Below, in pieces: positions 23,696-37,310 of a stretch of DNA of 64,000 bases (its first letter is position 1; every line of letters begins with the position of its first letter). Made by a program: the position numbers and the translations under genes. The notes under the pieces were generated by a model. It saw nothing but the letters and a program-made list of their open reading frames with translations, did no database searches and was not told where the DNA came from. Source of the DNA: Chiloscyllium plagiosum (Eukaryota); contig NC_057748.1 in NCBI RefSeq assembly GCF_004010195.1, positions 27,690,180-27,754,179 of the forward strand. The letters run 5' to 3'.

Positions 23696-24839
23696 ATAGC
23701 TTCAGCGATCGAAATAATTGATCATGCAGCACTTGCTGTCCTGTTGCAAATTCTTCAAAAGTCCTGAAACTTTTCTTTCTTGTCATTGCAACTTTTAATG
23801 CATACGTTTCAGGGACAAATTCATGGAGTCAGGAAGTGAAAAAGCTGGACAGGACAGAAACAGATCGTTCGATAAACGTTGTCCATGCCAACCAGATGTC
23901 CGAATATGGTCCAGTCCCATTTGGACCATTCAAAATCCTTCCTATTTATGGGCCCGTCCACTTGAATGTATCATACTTAACTACACCCTTCGCCATCTCA
24001 TTCCACACACCTAGCAGCCCTTGTATGAAAATGTTGTACCCTTGTATATCTTTCCTCTCCCACTATAAACCTGTGCACTCTTGTTTTGGACCGCCTACAC
24101 TGGTTAAAAAAAAAGACATTGAATATTCACACTATCCATGTTCCTCATCATGTTATATATCTCTACAACGTCACCACTTAGCCTCAACGATTTACAGAGG
24201 CACTTCCTTTCATCTGCAGTGTTATAGACCCAGAGCTGGGACGTGAGATGAGGCCAGCTACATCTGTTTGTCACTATGGACATTATATACCACATGTTTT
24301 CTTCAGTCAACTTTCCATGTCTGTGTCACCTCAAATCGAAATTGGTGCAGCATTTCTTCCACATCCAGGCAGTCTAACAATATGTCAAATGAGCGAGTCT
24401 GGGTCTTTGACTGGACGGCCAATTTCACAGATATCATCAACTACAGTTGAACTGATTACGTCAATGGTTTTGATGAAGGCATCAACTTCTCCAGCTATTC
24501 CGAGTCACTGAATTGCAGCATGAAACATTTCTGTGTTTGCACGAGCAAGGAACACAAGTAAAACCCTTCTTACCCAGATTTGTCCCCCTTGGATTAGCAG
24601 GAAAATTGTTTGCGTCCTGACTCTTCTTATTTTAGGCCTTTTGTACCACTCGGTGGCACTTTGGTATGTATTTGCCTGCCAAGCTGACCTGTCTGACTCC
24701 AACACTTGTAGCTGCAATCGACTGCCATTAGATGGAGTTACTGCGTCTCCAGAACGTGCAAAATCGTGAAACTTTTCAAGTAACAGAACCGGTCCCGGTT
24801 CTGCTATGACAGCATCATTAGTAAACTTCAATCTGGCTC

Positions 24840-25510
24840 TCTCTTGCGCTCGCCACCTTCTCTCATCCAATTTCTCTCCTCAAACGTTTTCTTTTACCAT
24901 GCCTCCATCTGTACCCCCTCTCACTCTGTTGTCACTGGCTGCTTTGCTCAATCAGTGGCACTCTGTTCCACTCCTCCCTCCCTTACTGCCACCATCTCTG
25001 ACTCCCCTCTTTTTCTCTCCCCCTCACTGCTTTTATTACACTCTCTGAATCCCCTTCTCTCCACCTGACTCTATGTCTCTGCCTTGCCATCTCTACCTTA
25101 CTGTCTCCCTCAATTCCCTTTCTCTCCCACGCACTGTCCTCCCATTTTCCCTCCCTCTCCCTCTCTTCTCCGTCACCTGTCTTTCTAAAAACTCTCTCTC
25201 TCTCATCCTATCTGTTCCTAAGCCTCTCTCCCCCTTTCTCATCACTCCCACTGCATCCTCTCCCTTTTTCACAGCACTCCCCTCTCGCTCCTTCCCCGTC
25301 TTTATCTCTCCCTTTCTCTCACTCTCTCTTTCTAACACTCTCACACATTTTCTTTCTCTTACTCAGTCGTATCTCTACATGTCTTCCAGTCCATATGTCT
25401 TTCTCTCTCACCCTCCCCTCTCACGTTTGGTTCCTCTCACGCTCTCATTCACCATTTATCACCCGCCTCACGTCAATTTCTCTCCTTCCTTTCTCTGTCG
25501 CCACATCTCC
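24840..25510. repeat. Polypyrimidine (CT-rich) low-complexity tract
   Basis: Almost exclusively C/T runs. Confidence 0.85.
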
Positions 25511-26269
25511 CGTGCCTATACCTATTAAGAAGCCGTAGCCCGGTGCCAATCTCCTCCTCACTTTCTTCCCCATATGTCGAAACTGAGGCACATTGCAACC
25601 ACTCTCGCCATCAGTTTCAGTCACTGTCCTCATGACTTGAGCTCTGAAATTGGAGCTGGCAGACCTATTTGGGCCTGAGTGAGGGTAGAACTATCAGTGG
25701 TGTCATCCAGCTGTCCCCGACTGTGAAGTTTAAGCCCAGAAACTATCATTTTTGTGCGCGATGATAAAGTGAAGTTGATGATGGGGATGGGGGTGAGGGA
25801 ACAGGGAATACCTTTAGTACAACCCAATGCATTTCCAAAAACCTGTGCCCCTGTTTTGACATTAATGCCTGCAATTGGCTTCCTGGTGATATCACGGAAC
25901 TAGCAAAACAGAGTCCAATGAGCTTTGTACATGCCTACACATGTTTAAATGCCTACACAGGATTAATCAATATATTCATCAGTTAATCTGGAATCTAATC
26001 TGATTCATGGTTATGGAGACAGTTATCTTTGAGTGTCATTAGGAACAAATCTTACCATTCTGTGTTCATTAATTGGGGAAATAAATTCGCCTTGTCCAGA
26101 CAAGCTCAATGATGGGAGGGAGGGACGACACAGTGCTGCCCAGTGAGAAAGTCGAGGGGTAGTTAGGGATGGGTGATGGGTGATCGGCTCAGCTGGTGAA
26201 AGTCCTGAGAAACAGTGAAGTGGAGGCGGGAATACATTCTAGCAGTGGGATATTCCTGTGTTTCGGCCT

Positions 26270-26518
26270 TCTGTGTGGAGTTTGCACATTCTCCCCCCGT
26301 GTCTGCGTGGGTTTCCTCCGGGTGCTCCGGTTTCCTCCCACAGCCCCAAAAAAAGTGTGCAGGTTAGGTGAATTGGCCATGCTAAATTGCCCATAGTGTT
26401 AGGTGAAGGGGTAAATGTAGGGGAATGGGTCTGGGTGGGTTGCTCTTCGGAGGGTCGGTGTGGACTTGTTGCGCCGAAGGGCCTGTTTCCGCACTGTAAG
26501 TGATCTAATCTAAGTAAT
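26270..26518 (+). mobile_element. HE1-type SINE, 5'-truncated
   Basis: Matches the body and tail of the 41053-41368 element. Confidence 0.85.
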
Positions 26519-26567
26519 CAAGGTGGGAGAGTGAAGGAGATGGTGCTCTGAAATAGAGGTGATGGCT

Positions 26568-26824
26568 GGGCGGCACGGTGGCTCAGTGGTTAGCACTGCT
26601 TCCTCACAGTGCCAGAGACCTGGGTTCAATTCTCTCCCTCAGGCGACTCTCGGTGAGGGGTTTGCACATTCGCCCCGTGTCTGTGTGGGTTTCCTTCAAA
26701 GATGTGCTGGTTAGGTGAATTGGCCATGCTAAATTGCCCGCAGTGTTTGGTATAGGGGAGTCGACCTGGGTGGCGGGTCGGTGTGGACTTGTTGGGCCTG
26801 TTTCCACACTGTAAGTAATCTAAT
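26568..26824 (+). mobile_element. HE1-type SINE (internally deleted)
   Basis: A box TGGCTCAGTGG 26579, B box GGTTCAATTC 26623, TAATC tail. Confidence 0.85.
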
Positions 26825-29800
26825 TCCCCGAGTTCCTTCTGCTTTTATTGGCATTGGTACGCACTCTCCCTAACTCTCTTGTCCTTCCTTGAGCAGTAAA
26901 AATATGTTTGTTTTTTTTATTTAGATAATGAAGGCACAAATGGAGAAAGAAGGAATGTGACGTTGAGGTCATGGTAAGATTGAATGGCTAAGCAGACTAG
27001 AAGGGCCAAATGGCCTCCTCCTACTCCTCGCTTCTGCGTCGCCCTCATTGTCGCCCTCTGGCTGTTCCCTGCCTCAGGGATGTGAAGAGGGCCTGAGAAA
27101 TGAGGCTCAATGATGTGCTGTTGGTTTGTGTTCATCCCTGAGCAAAAGTTTCACCGCTGTGGCAAGTACACTGTGTGCCACGCCAACTATGTGTGGTCCG
27201 AATATGTGAATCAATGCAAGGAGTGCTTCAGCTGGCTTGTCTCGTAAGGTTTTCACCTGGTTGGAGTGTACATTACGATTACAGTGACAGCTGTATCAAC
27301 ATCTATCCCCTCCCCCCATTGCAATCCTTTTGACTCAACTGTACACGTACTCCTCCATTGGCATCGCTTTTCTTCCAAACACACGCAAGTTCTCTCGTCT
27401 CCATACCTATCACCACACATTGGACAGAAAAGCTATTCAACTGTGGGCACCATCACAATACGACCTGAAGTGGTTCTCTCTCTCTCGCTCCCTCTCGAGC
27501 TTATTGCTATGTCGTGTTCCAGCATGAGGGCAGAACCAAATAGCCTCTGAACCTGCGGATTCAAAAAATAGTGAATTAAAATCTTGGATGATCATCAAAA
27601 TTGACCCCAATGAAACCTAAGCAGACATATTCGAATATGAGTCTCAGACTTGATGAATAAGCAATTCTCAACACTCTTTTCTATCTTAAACAAAAGGCTC
27701 AGGAGCTCATTAAAAATCCACAAACTTCAGTAGAGCAAGATTGAATAACAAAGTAATTGGTCTATGTGATAAACCTGATGTTTTCATTCCCATTTACCGA
27801 AATGACAGGCCGACAATGGAATACTTGTAAGGCATAACAAAACTTTGAAAAATAAAACGAATCAGATTGCATCACTGGTTTTCATGATGTGCTGCTCCAC
27901 AATCATAGGATTATGTTTTCTTGGTTGATGTCTGAAGCTGTGCAGCAAGGCCACTTCTCCATTTCACTCAGGTAAAGGTAATTAGAACGATGACAGAATT
28001 CTCTACTCTCTGAACTTCAAAAATTTGATGAAGGAGGTTAGACAGGGAACCTTCAAACCTTCATGTTGTAGCATCAACTGCAAAAAATCCTCTTGTTCTC
28101 AGAAGACACAGTCTAAAACACAATTGGAATTCCGACCGCTCCTTGAAAGTATGACCATCTCATCCTCGAGGTCCCAGTTAACATTCAACAAAAAACATCT
28201 GGTCGAGCAGGAGGTCTTTTCCAGACTTGTAGGAAGAAATTACCAGCTATTGACGTCATTAATGGCCAAGTTCTGCCCTCTGTTTAAGCATAATGCTCTC
28301 CCTGTTTATGAATCAACTTCGGCAACATTTGATTAGGAACCAAACGACAAGGAACTTCCAGACTTGGCCTCAGAAATTGTCCAAACCTTTTTTGGTCTGT
28401 TCTCCTTTCAATACAAGATGTTATCCAGAGTCGGACTGTCATCTTTGCCTCAGAGATCACAGTTCCAAACCAACTTTGAGAAAAGATTTCCAATAAAAGT
28501 GATGAAATATCATGGAGGGTTCTAAGAGTTGGAGAATTCTTTAATGTTCCTCCAGTGAAGTAAGTGTCCTTCTCATGTTTTTGATTTCGCTTACAGCAAA
28601 CGCCATACTGATTTTATGCGATGTTCCCCAATGTCCTGCCTACACATTTATTGCTTTACGAGGCTAAAGTCGTGAGAAGAATAGTGATGAGTCCACTGTA
28701 GCTGGGATTCCCATATTGATTCATTACGATGTCTGCTTAGAATGGCGCCTGGCTGGCGTGGTCGAGCTCTGTATGGATCTGGAGAGGTGGCGCTTGACAG
28801 TATTGGTGGTTGGGTGAGTGGAGGAAGAGTGACGATAGGCAGTTCGGGGAGCTGTTATTAGTGGGAGATGTGCAGTTAGAGATAGTTGATGTGGGGAAGG
28901 GCCAAGAATTATCAGGTATACCTTTTACCAAAATGCAACAGACTGCACCTAACGATTGGTGGATTGCATCCAACAGTACATCTCTTTGCCTTAATCAATA
29001 CACAGGATATTGACATAACTCAATAAACGTAAGTAAAACATAGAATAGAATATCTAATTTCAAATGTCATTGCACAGTTGGACAAAACTGGCTCAGTGAT
29101 CACAAGTGAACAATGAATTACGCATGCAGCCAATTTAAGGTCAGCAGTGGAGCGTGGAAAGTGGTACAGACATGCATACTAGCTCCACACATGTACATAG
29201 GTAGAGACCTATCCTCTGCAGCAGATCGAACTTTTGCTGTCTACTCTTGTAACAGCTACTGCCGTTTTGCACTCCTCACAGAAGGGCAGTTAGAGATGAT
29301 TGGACCAACGTCTATGACTTGGATATTGTTGGAAATTAAACGTAAGTATGGGATGGACTTGGGGGCGTGAAGTGTTGTGTGGTGGGAGTAAGTTCCTGGG
29401 GAATTCTCTATGGCAATGCGTTTGCCAAAAGGAGCTGGCAGGAATCCAGTTGTACCCTGCTTCTCTTGTGGTCTAAAGTATTGCTCCCTTTGAAATGTGA
29501 TTTGCATCTTGTCTTGCTGAATGCATGATGAAAGTTTTTGACAGCTTCAGTAAGACAATGTATTATATCGGATATGTGACACAAAGAGGCCATTCAGTTG
29601 ATAACAGACCACGTCAGTGCTGATGCTCCAAGTGAACCTTTTTGCATCATTTCTCATTTCTATTTACTATTGGGACCCTTTCTTTGCATGTCTATCCCAC
29701 TCGTCTATATTCCTCACAAATGCTTCGATACCCCTCACTTTGGGACCAATTTCTACATTCTCACTACTCTTTGACCAGATTGACTCAAAAGGTGTAGAAG

Positions 29801-30819
29801 GAGACCGTTCAGCCCCGTGAACCTCTTCTGCCCTTTAATACAGGATTGAGGCTGAGTTGTGTCTCAACTCCCTCAAACGACATGTATGATTCCTGAAATG
29901 TTGAATCACTTTACCCAACACAATCAGTGCAATGAGCTGGAAAATAGTGATGCTTGAAAAGTCGCAAAATACAGAGCTTCCAAGACCAGGTCAGCAACTG
30001 GAAATTGTGCAAGGAGTGACTCACCTCCTGACTTTCCAAAACCTGTCCACCATCAACAAGGCACAAGTCAGGAGTGTGATGGAATATACCCTAACTTGTT
30101 TCACTGGGTGCTCGACACCATCTAAGGTAAAGCAGCCCACTTTAGTGGCGCCACAATTCCAAATATCAATTCCCTCCACCACCGACGGTCAGTGGCAGCA
30201 GTATGTAAAATCTACAAGGCAAACTGCAGCAGTTCATCAAGGATAGTTAGCGCCTTTCAAACCTACAAGCTCTAACCTCGAAAAGGACAAGGGCAGCAGA
30301 TGCACGGGGGGCACCACCACCGCCTGTAAACCACACACTCTAAATGGGAAATCTAGCCGTCAATCCTACAGTGTGACTGCGTCAAAGTAGTGGAGTTATC
30401 TCGCTAAGTGCACTATACCACCTCGTGACATTTCAAGAAGGTGTCACCACCACTGTCTCAAGGGTGAGATAGCATTAGATAATAAAAGGTACCCAGACAG
30501 CAACGCCTACAACCCCTGAAAGAATCATGCAAACTAAAAAGGGCTGAGTCTGTGGAAGATTACTGTGCACAGATGGGCTACCACGTTGAGCGTGCAGTGT
30601 TCAGCTGCAACATTATATCCAAACTCCTACGCTCAATGCACTAATTAATGAAGGCAGACATGCCAGTGGCCTTCTTCACCACCCTGTCAAACTACGTCTC
30701 CACGTTCCAGGATCTCTATACCTGTAGCCCTAGGACCCTTTGTTTGGCAAGAGTCCCCAGGTTTTCCCATTGACTTTCAGTCCTGTCCTGAATTGCCTGG
30801 CCAAAATGAATACCATTTT

Positions 30820-32700
30820 GGGATGTAAGGGCTGGAGGAGTTTATAGACTTAGGGACAGTTTGCGACTGGAAGAGGTGAGAGAGAGGAGTAAGCTGTCGG
30901 AGCTTGAGGAGATTGCAGTGATAGGGAGGCGTGTAGGGCTTCAAAAAAGCTTCACTATTTGGGACAGAATGTCTCAGCTGTAGGAGGGCTTAGAGATAAA
31001 GTGATAGTAAGGTCCTGGAGGAGATTGAAGTGATAAGTAGATGTTTCGGTGCTGGAGGGGTTTGTCGGGGTTGAACGAGATTAGAGATATAGGGGGAAGG
31101 CGCAAGGGCTCGAGGAGGTTACAGAGACGAGGAGGTAAGAGATTATGAGGCCAAAGTGAAGAGTGACGCTGCAGAACATGGAAGGTTTAGGCAGTGGTAT
31201 ATGTGCTGCAGGAAGTTGCAGAGGTGAGGAGGGATGTAGGGCTGGAGTTATGTCCAAAGTTAGGGAGAGGTATAGGGATTGGAGGGTGAGACAAAGATCA
31301 TGAGCGGTGTAGGAACTGGGGGGCAGCCAGAAGGTAGAGACACGGGTAGCCATTGGAGGAGGTGACAGAGATTGGGAATAGTGTTGATGCTAGAGACAGT
31401 TACAGAGCGATGTAGGTGCGATTGGATATATCTGTGGAGCAGTATTCGGATCTGAGGTGGCTACAGAGATTGGGATTGGTGCAGGCAATGGAGAGTTTTT
31501 TCTGAAATAATGAGGAACCTTCGGGTCTGGAGGGAAAGTCAGAGATATTAAGGCATGTAGGGTCTGGAGCAGATAACAGAGCGAAGGAGTGGTATATGGA
31601 CCTGGAAAGGTGATAGGATAGGGAGGGATGTAGGGGCTGCCATAGGTTACAGAAATAAGGAGAGATGTATGAGCTTGAGAAGTTTGCAGGGAGAAGAAAG
31701 GGAATATGTGCTGCAGGAGGTGACAGTCATAGGGAGGGATGTAGGGACTGGAGGTTTTACAGAAATACAGAGGGGAGTAGGGGCTGGAGGTGTTGGCAGA
31801 GGTAAGGAAATGTGTAGTAACAGGAGATGGTTAAATAAGTAGGGACGAGTGTTGACTCTATCAGATAAAACAGGTAGGGAGTGATGTAATGTCCAGAGGA
31901 TGTTGTAAAGATAGGGAGGAGTCTTGTGCGTGGAGAGAATGGCACAGATATGGAGTGGTGTAGGGACTGGTGGAGATATCTGAGGAGGGTTATCGGGACC
32001 TGAGTGATGACTGCGAAAGGAAAAGGTGTAGGCAGTGCTAGAAATAGTAAGGAATATCGCATCTGGAGGAAGTGTCAGAGGCAGGGAAAGGAAGGGAAAA
32101 CTGAAGAAGAATTTGGCGATAGGGCGGGATATTTGGGGCTGGAGGAGGTAAAACAGGTTTTGGCAGCGGTTCAGGTGCTGAAGAAGGTAACTGAGGTAGG
32201 AGGCATTGAGGACCATATGGTGATAAAGTGAGATGCATGGATTGGAGAATGTTTCACAGATATGGAGTGGTGTATGTTCTAAAGTAATTTATAGAAAAGG
32301 AGGAGGGTTCTGGGGCTGGAGGTGGTTTCAGGGTTAGGGAGAGGCAAAGGGCCTGAATATGGTTTTAGAGATGTTGAGGCATGTAGGGCCTGAAGGAGGT
32401 AACAGAGTTAGGGAGTGATATAGGAAATTGAGGAGGTGATAGGCTTAAGGAATGATTTAATGCTGGAGGTGATTATAGAAATAGTGAGAAGTGTGCGAGC
32501 TTGAGGTGGTGGCAGAAAGACGAATGGCTATAGGGACTTCTTATGGTGACAGCGATAGGAAAATGCATAGTGGTTTATAAGGTGACAGCGATTGAGAGTC
32601 GTGTAAGTGCTGGAGAATGTTACAGAGAAAGGTAAGTGCACAGGAGATGGAAGGTGTTAAAGAAGGAGGGAGAGGTATAGGTGCTAGATAAGTGAACGCT
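30820..32700. repeat. Purine-rich minisatellite, unit 2 copy
   Basis: Same unit as 5880-8090. Confidence 0.85.
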
Positions 32701-34480
32701 GTTGTGCGATCTCGTGTGATGCTAGAGTGATTGGAAACAGGAGTGAACTGCTGAATGAGAGATTCCAGAGGATAAAGAGAAGATGTCCACTTTGGGTATT
32801 TCGGTTGCCTCTGTCTTTCATGGGTCTGTTTGTGTAAATGTACGAGATGTCTGAGAAGGTGAGTGTTTGATGGATCCTCTGCATTTTCCCTCCTGCTCGT
32901 GGGTGAAACTACAGCTGCCTGTGTGATGTTTTGGAGCTGACGACTGACGGTGCCACGGGGTGGCGCTGCTGCTGCTGCTGCTTCTATTCGCTCAGTGATC
33001 AGAGAGGTTTCAACTCCTCCGCTGACATGCACTTTCCCTTCCACTCCATCTGGACGACAGGCCACACCATCTGCTGCCCCTTCACAAACAGGCCAATAAC
33101 AGCATCGCTTCAGCTCTCGGGAACTAAAATGAGGAACTCGAAATGCTCCCTCCCCCCAACCCCACATCTCAGGCCACCCGGGGTCAAGGGACTGCATTGC
33201 ATTGAACTCAGATGCAGAGGCAACTTTGAGACTGGCTCTTTGACTCTGTGATGCATCATTGAAGTGGCTTTAATGAAACTGCTAAAGGATTGTTGTTGTT
33301 GTACAGCAGCTTTCAAAGCAACAAATTTTAAAATAACTTGGAAGACTTCATCAAAGAAAGAGAAAGAGAAGACCATTCGGCCCTTCCACGTTTCTCTGCC
33401 ATTCATTACAATGAAGTGTGATTCTTTTCACAACTCCAATTTCCTATCCCTTATCTCTCGATAAGTTCATTTGAGTCTTCCATACGTACAGAGACTAACG
33501 TACCTTCATCCGACTCTGAGCGAAAGAATTTCTCTTCATCTCAGCCCAAATTAGCTGCTCTCCATCCCAGCCCTTTCAGAAATGTCCTGTTTATCTATTT
33601 TGCCAATCAAAGCAGATGATTCCACACTTTCCCACATCAAAGTCCATTTACTACTTCCAGTCCAGTTACTTACGCAGTCTGTATCCCGTTTCAGCCTTCC
33701 TATTCCACGTCAAAGCCTACTCTCCCAATGAGTTTTATATCTTCATTTCCTCCATCTGCCGAGTTGTCTTCACTGACCATTGTACCGTTACAGATTTAAA
33801 ATCATTGCAATACAGAGGCCAGCAGTGCATCTCCTCTGCCAAGGGTGCAGACTTGAAGCTGATCTGTGAATACGTTTTTGAAAGGCAAATGTTTAACATT
33901 TTGAAAAGATTTGGAGAGGTCAATCAAAACCTAAAGTCATAAAGGTATCCAACACAGTAAAAGGTCTTTCAGACCATCAAGGCTGAATTGATCAAAAATG
34001 ATCCCCAAACTATCCTAATCCCATTTTCCATCACGTGCAGAACTAAATATTTCTTCAATGTTATGAGAGGTTCTGCCTCTACCATCCTTACAGGCGGTGT
34101 GTTCCACATACCCAACACTCTGTGACCCGATGACACTAATGAAGCTCAAAGAAAAGAGAAGTGCAATTTTTTTTTAAAAACTGTATGTTTTCAAGAGGAT
34201 TTGGTTACAGTTCTTTGGGCTAAAGGGATCAAAGGGTATTGGGGGACAAAGTGGGAACAGGAGACTGATTTGGATGATCAACCATAATGATATTCAATGG
34301 CAAAGCAGGCTCGATGGGCTGAATAGTCGGCATCTGCCCCTATTTGTTCAGTTACGATTAACACAAAGTCACACGTTCACTGTTGGTAACCCCGAAATTT
34401 CAGGTAATGGAAAACGATGTGAGAAGCCAGGAATAAATCGGTGAAAACCCGATGTGTCGATTTGCCTCGTCACTGTCCCT

Positions 34481-34490
34481 TCATTTGCAT
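34481..34490 (+). promoter_or_regulatory. V2 light-chain promoter decamer/octamer
   Basis: TCATTTGCAT ~140 nt upstream of the ATG, followed by AT-rich AATAAATAGA. Confidence 0.85.
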
Positions 34491-34630
34491 TCCAGTGAAT
34501 AAATAGAGACATGAAATCCCTCTCCGGTTTACCAGCACTTGGTGGAGGTGTTCTCGGCTGTTCACAACAAATAGTTCAACTGAAGGCAACACACTCACAG
34601 CTGACTGTTTCCACGCATTCTCCAGCGGAA

Positions 34631-35109
34631 ATGTCTCCAATGATGCATCTGCTGTGGGCTCTGCTACTCCATGTAACTGGTCTGAAACTGCTCTGGATTA
34701 ATCTCTGACCATGAAATACCACTTGATTTTGTTTCACACACGCCGGCAAACTCTCTTAATGTGCACATTTTGTTTCTTTCATTGTAGGCACTTTAGCTGT
34801 TCCCATCCTCAGAGTCCAGTGTCCGACCCAGTCTCCACTGGTCAGACTGCCCGATTCGAGTGTGCGATGCAGAATGGTAATGTGAGCAGCTACGCTGTGC
34901 ACTGGTACCGACAGAGTCCTGGAGAAGCCCCGGTGTGGGTGATGAGGTACACTACTGGCGGTGACATAAACAGGGGCATCGATTTCACTGATCGTTTCCA
35001 ACCTTCTCGAAACTCCTCCAGTGACAGTTACATCCTAACCATTGGAAACCTGGTTTCCAGTGACTCTGCCGTCTATCACTCTGCTGTGTTGGATAGGTCA
35101 GCTGGCTAT
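34631..35109 (+). pseudogene. Ig light chain V2 (type I/sigma-cart): leader 34631-34679, V exon 34788-35109
   Basis: Leader MSPMMHLLWALLLHVTG with GT/AG intact. A 4-nt deletion (AATC) near 34810 shifts the frame, and the second Cys is Ser (TCT 35080). Confidence 0.93.
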
Positions 35110-35137
35110 CAGAGTGAGACAGGCTAATAGAATAACT
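35110..35137 (+). promoter_or_regulatory. 12-RSS of V2 (inactivated)
   Basis: CAGAGTG (CAC broken), 12-nt spacer, AGAATAACT. Confidence 0.8.
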
Positions 35138-35466
35138 CAATGTGCAGAACCGCTCCAATTGAAAACAAGTGTCTGAAACATCACAGACTAAAGGCATGTC
35201 AGCTCTTCTCGAAATATCTTTCTGAGCAGTTTCTTTCGCAGCCCAACTGAAATTTCAAAAGTTTCTGTCAGATCTCTAGAGTTGTTAGTTTCTGTATCGA
35301 CCCTGTTCTGTCAAAGTCCTCAGAGATGAGAGGGGTTTGGGGATCAGCCTTTCGTCTGTGAATTGGTCCGAACCACATATCCCTCATTTCCCCGAGAAAG
35401 GCAGAATGTGGAAAAGGATTGATTACTAATAGTTTTCCCTCTTTATCTCTCTCCAGTCCAAGATGG

Positions 35467-35543
35467 GTTTTTTGGTGAGCCGTGCCATTGTAACGCCTCT
35501 CTGTGATTCAACTTTGGAGGTGGGACGGCCCTGACAATTCGGA
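35467..35543 (+). pseudogene. J2 with 23-RSS
   Basis: GTTTTTTGG-23-CTCTGTG (35467-35505), then FNFGGGTALTIR; splice donor mutated to ATAAGT (35544). Confidence 0.88.
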
Positions 35544-35689
35544 ATAAGTGAATTTGTTTTGATATCTCTCATCGCAATCATTCAGTTTAATACAATTTTT
35601 ATCCCTTCGGTGTGGATTTCGTCCTCCGGATTTTACCAATTTACAATTTATGCATTTTGCAATGAATCTAACCTAGCACAAGTCGTTGT

Positions 35690-36390
35690 TCTATCACATT
35701 TCACTCACTCACTGTCTCACTCACTCACTCAGTCACTCTCTCTCTGACATACACACATATACGCGCACACACACACACAAGTTAGTGTGTTATTTATAAT
35801 GATCATTCTCTTTCTCACGAAAACACACAGGTTAGAGATTATGTCAGTAATTCGGTCTCACACAAACTCACAGGTCCGAGATATATTAATAATTCTATCT
35901 CTCACAAATACATACAGGTCAGAGGTTATCAGAATAATTCTCTGTCACTTACACAAGTGCGTGGAACATTAAAAGTTCCCGATCTGTCTCAAATGCACAG
36001 GTCAGAAATTCGAACAATTCTTTTTCACAACATATGCAGGTCATGGTTCCTTTCATAATTGTCTCTCATATGCTGACATAGACAGGCCAGATTCTTAATT
36101 ACATTTATAATTCTCTCTCTCCCTCTCTCGTGTTCAAATACAAAGCACAACCAGGTCAAAGATTATCTCAATAATTACCTCTCATGCGAGCAGGTCAGCA
36201 TGTTATCTGTATATTAATAATTCGTCTCTTCCACACACACTTGTCACACCATTATTTGCAGTAATAATTCTCTCTTACACATAAACGTAGATAAATCAGA
36301 GGTATTATCAATAATCATCCCAACATTCAGGTCATTGTTGCACTGATAATTCCCTTTCACTCAGACACAGATCAGAATGCTATTCACATC
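35690..36390. repeat. J-C intron minisatellite, unit 2 (truncated)
   Basis: Same motif. Confidence 0.8.
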
Positions 36391-37310
36391 AGACTTGATG
36401 GGCCAGTTGGTTTCACACTGTTCTGAAGCTCTCGATTTCTTACACAAACAATGGACATGTAGAGAGAGACACACAGAAATTAATATCTTCTCTGTCAATC
36501 CAGAGTGACAACCAAATTTCAACATGGTTAGAGTTCACTCCACAATTATGCCAGCATTTGTCGCACTTATACAAATCCTGAAACTAAGTGATTAGCAAAG
36601 GGCACAAACTTGTGAGAGCTGACATGTGTCTTTTGAGGAGAGATTAAGTAGTTTTGGCCTGTAGTCACTATTGTTCAGAAAATTGACAGGACAACCAATT
36701 TAGGTGGATAACACGCTAAAGGGGAATGACAAAGAAAAGATGGGGGGATGATTCTTCACGAGATGTAATCTAGTCCGAGGGGTCATGGTTTTTGGATAAG
36801 TGGTAGTAGATTTAAAACAGAGATGAGGGGGAGCGATTTCTTTCAAAAGGTTGTGAATTTACGGAGCTCCATGGACGCTGGATCACTGAGTAACTTTGAG
36901 GAAGAGACAGAGTTTTAATTAAGAATGGATTGAGGGGCTGATGGGGAGAGGGAAGGAAAATGAAGTAGTCCATTGTAGCAGTGTATGGTCGAATAAGCTG
37001 AATGACCTCCTTCTGCCCTTGTGTTCGATCTTGTGTTCTCATGAGACACTCTGTAGTGACTAGACCACCTTATAAAGGTTGAGTGTCTGTTACCACAAGA
37101 GAAACAGCTGAGATAACATTGTAGACAACCATCTGTCATCAAAGCATGACCAACGATAATCTAAATAGACCTCTCTGAATGCGGATGATATACAGTGTCT
37201 GCATCCTTTGGGGAGATGAAGAATGATGATTACAAACTACAACTGTCCTGCATAACATGGCAAGGAAGATACAGGTGAGGATGATAAAACTATCGGGATC
37301 TTATGAAATA

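Larger units (their letters stand above)
1..26150 (+). repeat. Segmental duplication unit 1 (V1-J1-C1)
   Basis: Start (GGCTCAGCT...AGTCCTGTGAAAGAATGAAG) recurs at ~26185 and ~42385, and the downstream blocks are collinear. Confidence 0.85.

Noticed and set aside
24430-24480. Plus-strand NYS*TDYVNGF resembling a fibrinogen-domain motif
   Set aside because: Very short match with no other FReD motifs in frame
26568-26640. tRNA gene
   Set aside because: The A/B boxes belong to the tRNA-derived head of an HE1-type SINE
31647-32216. Long minus-strand ORFs in purine repeats (also 50416-51042, 7301-7633)
   Set aside because: They are open only because of the biased composition of the minisatellite
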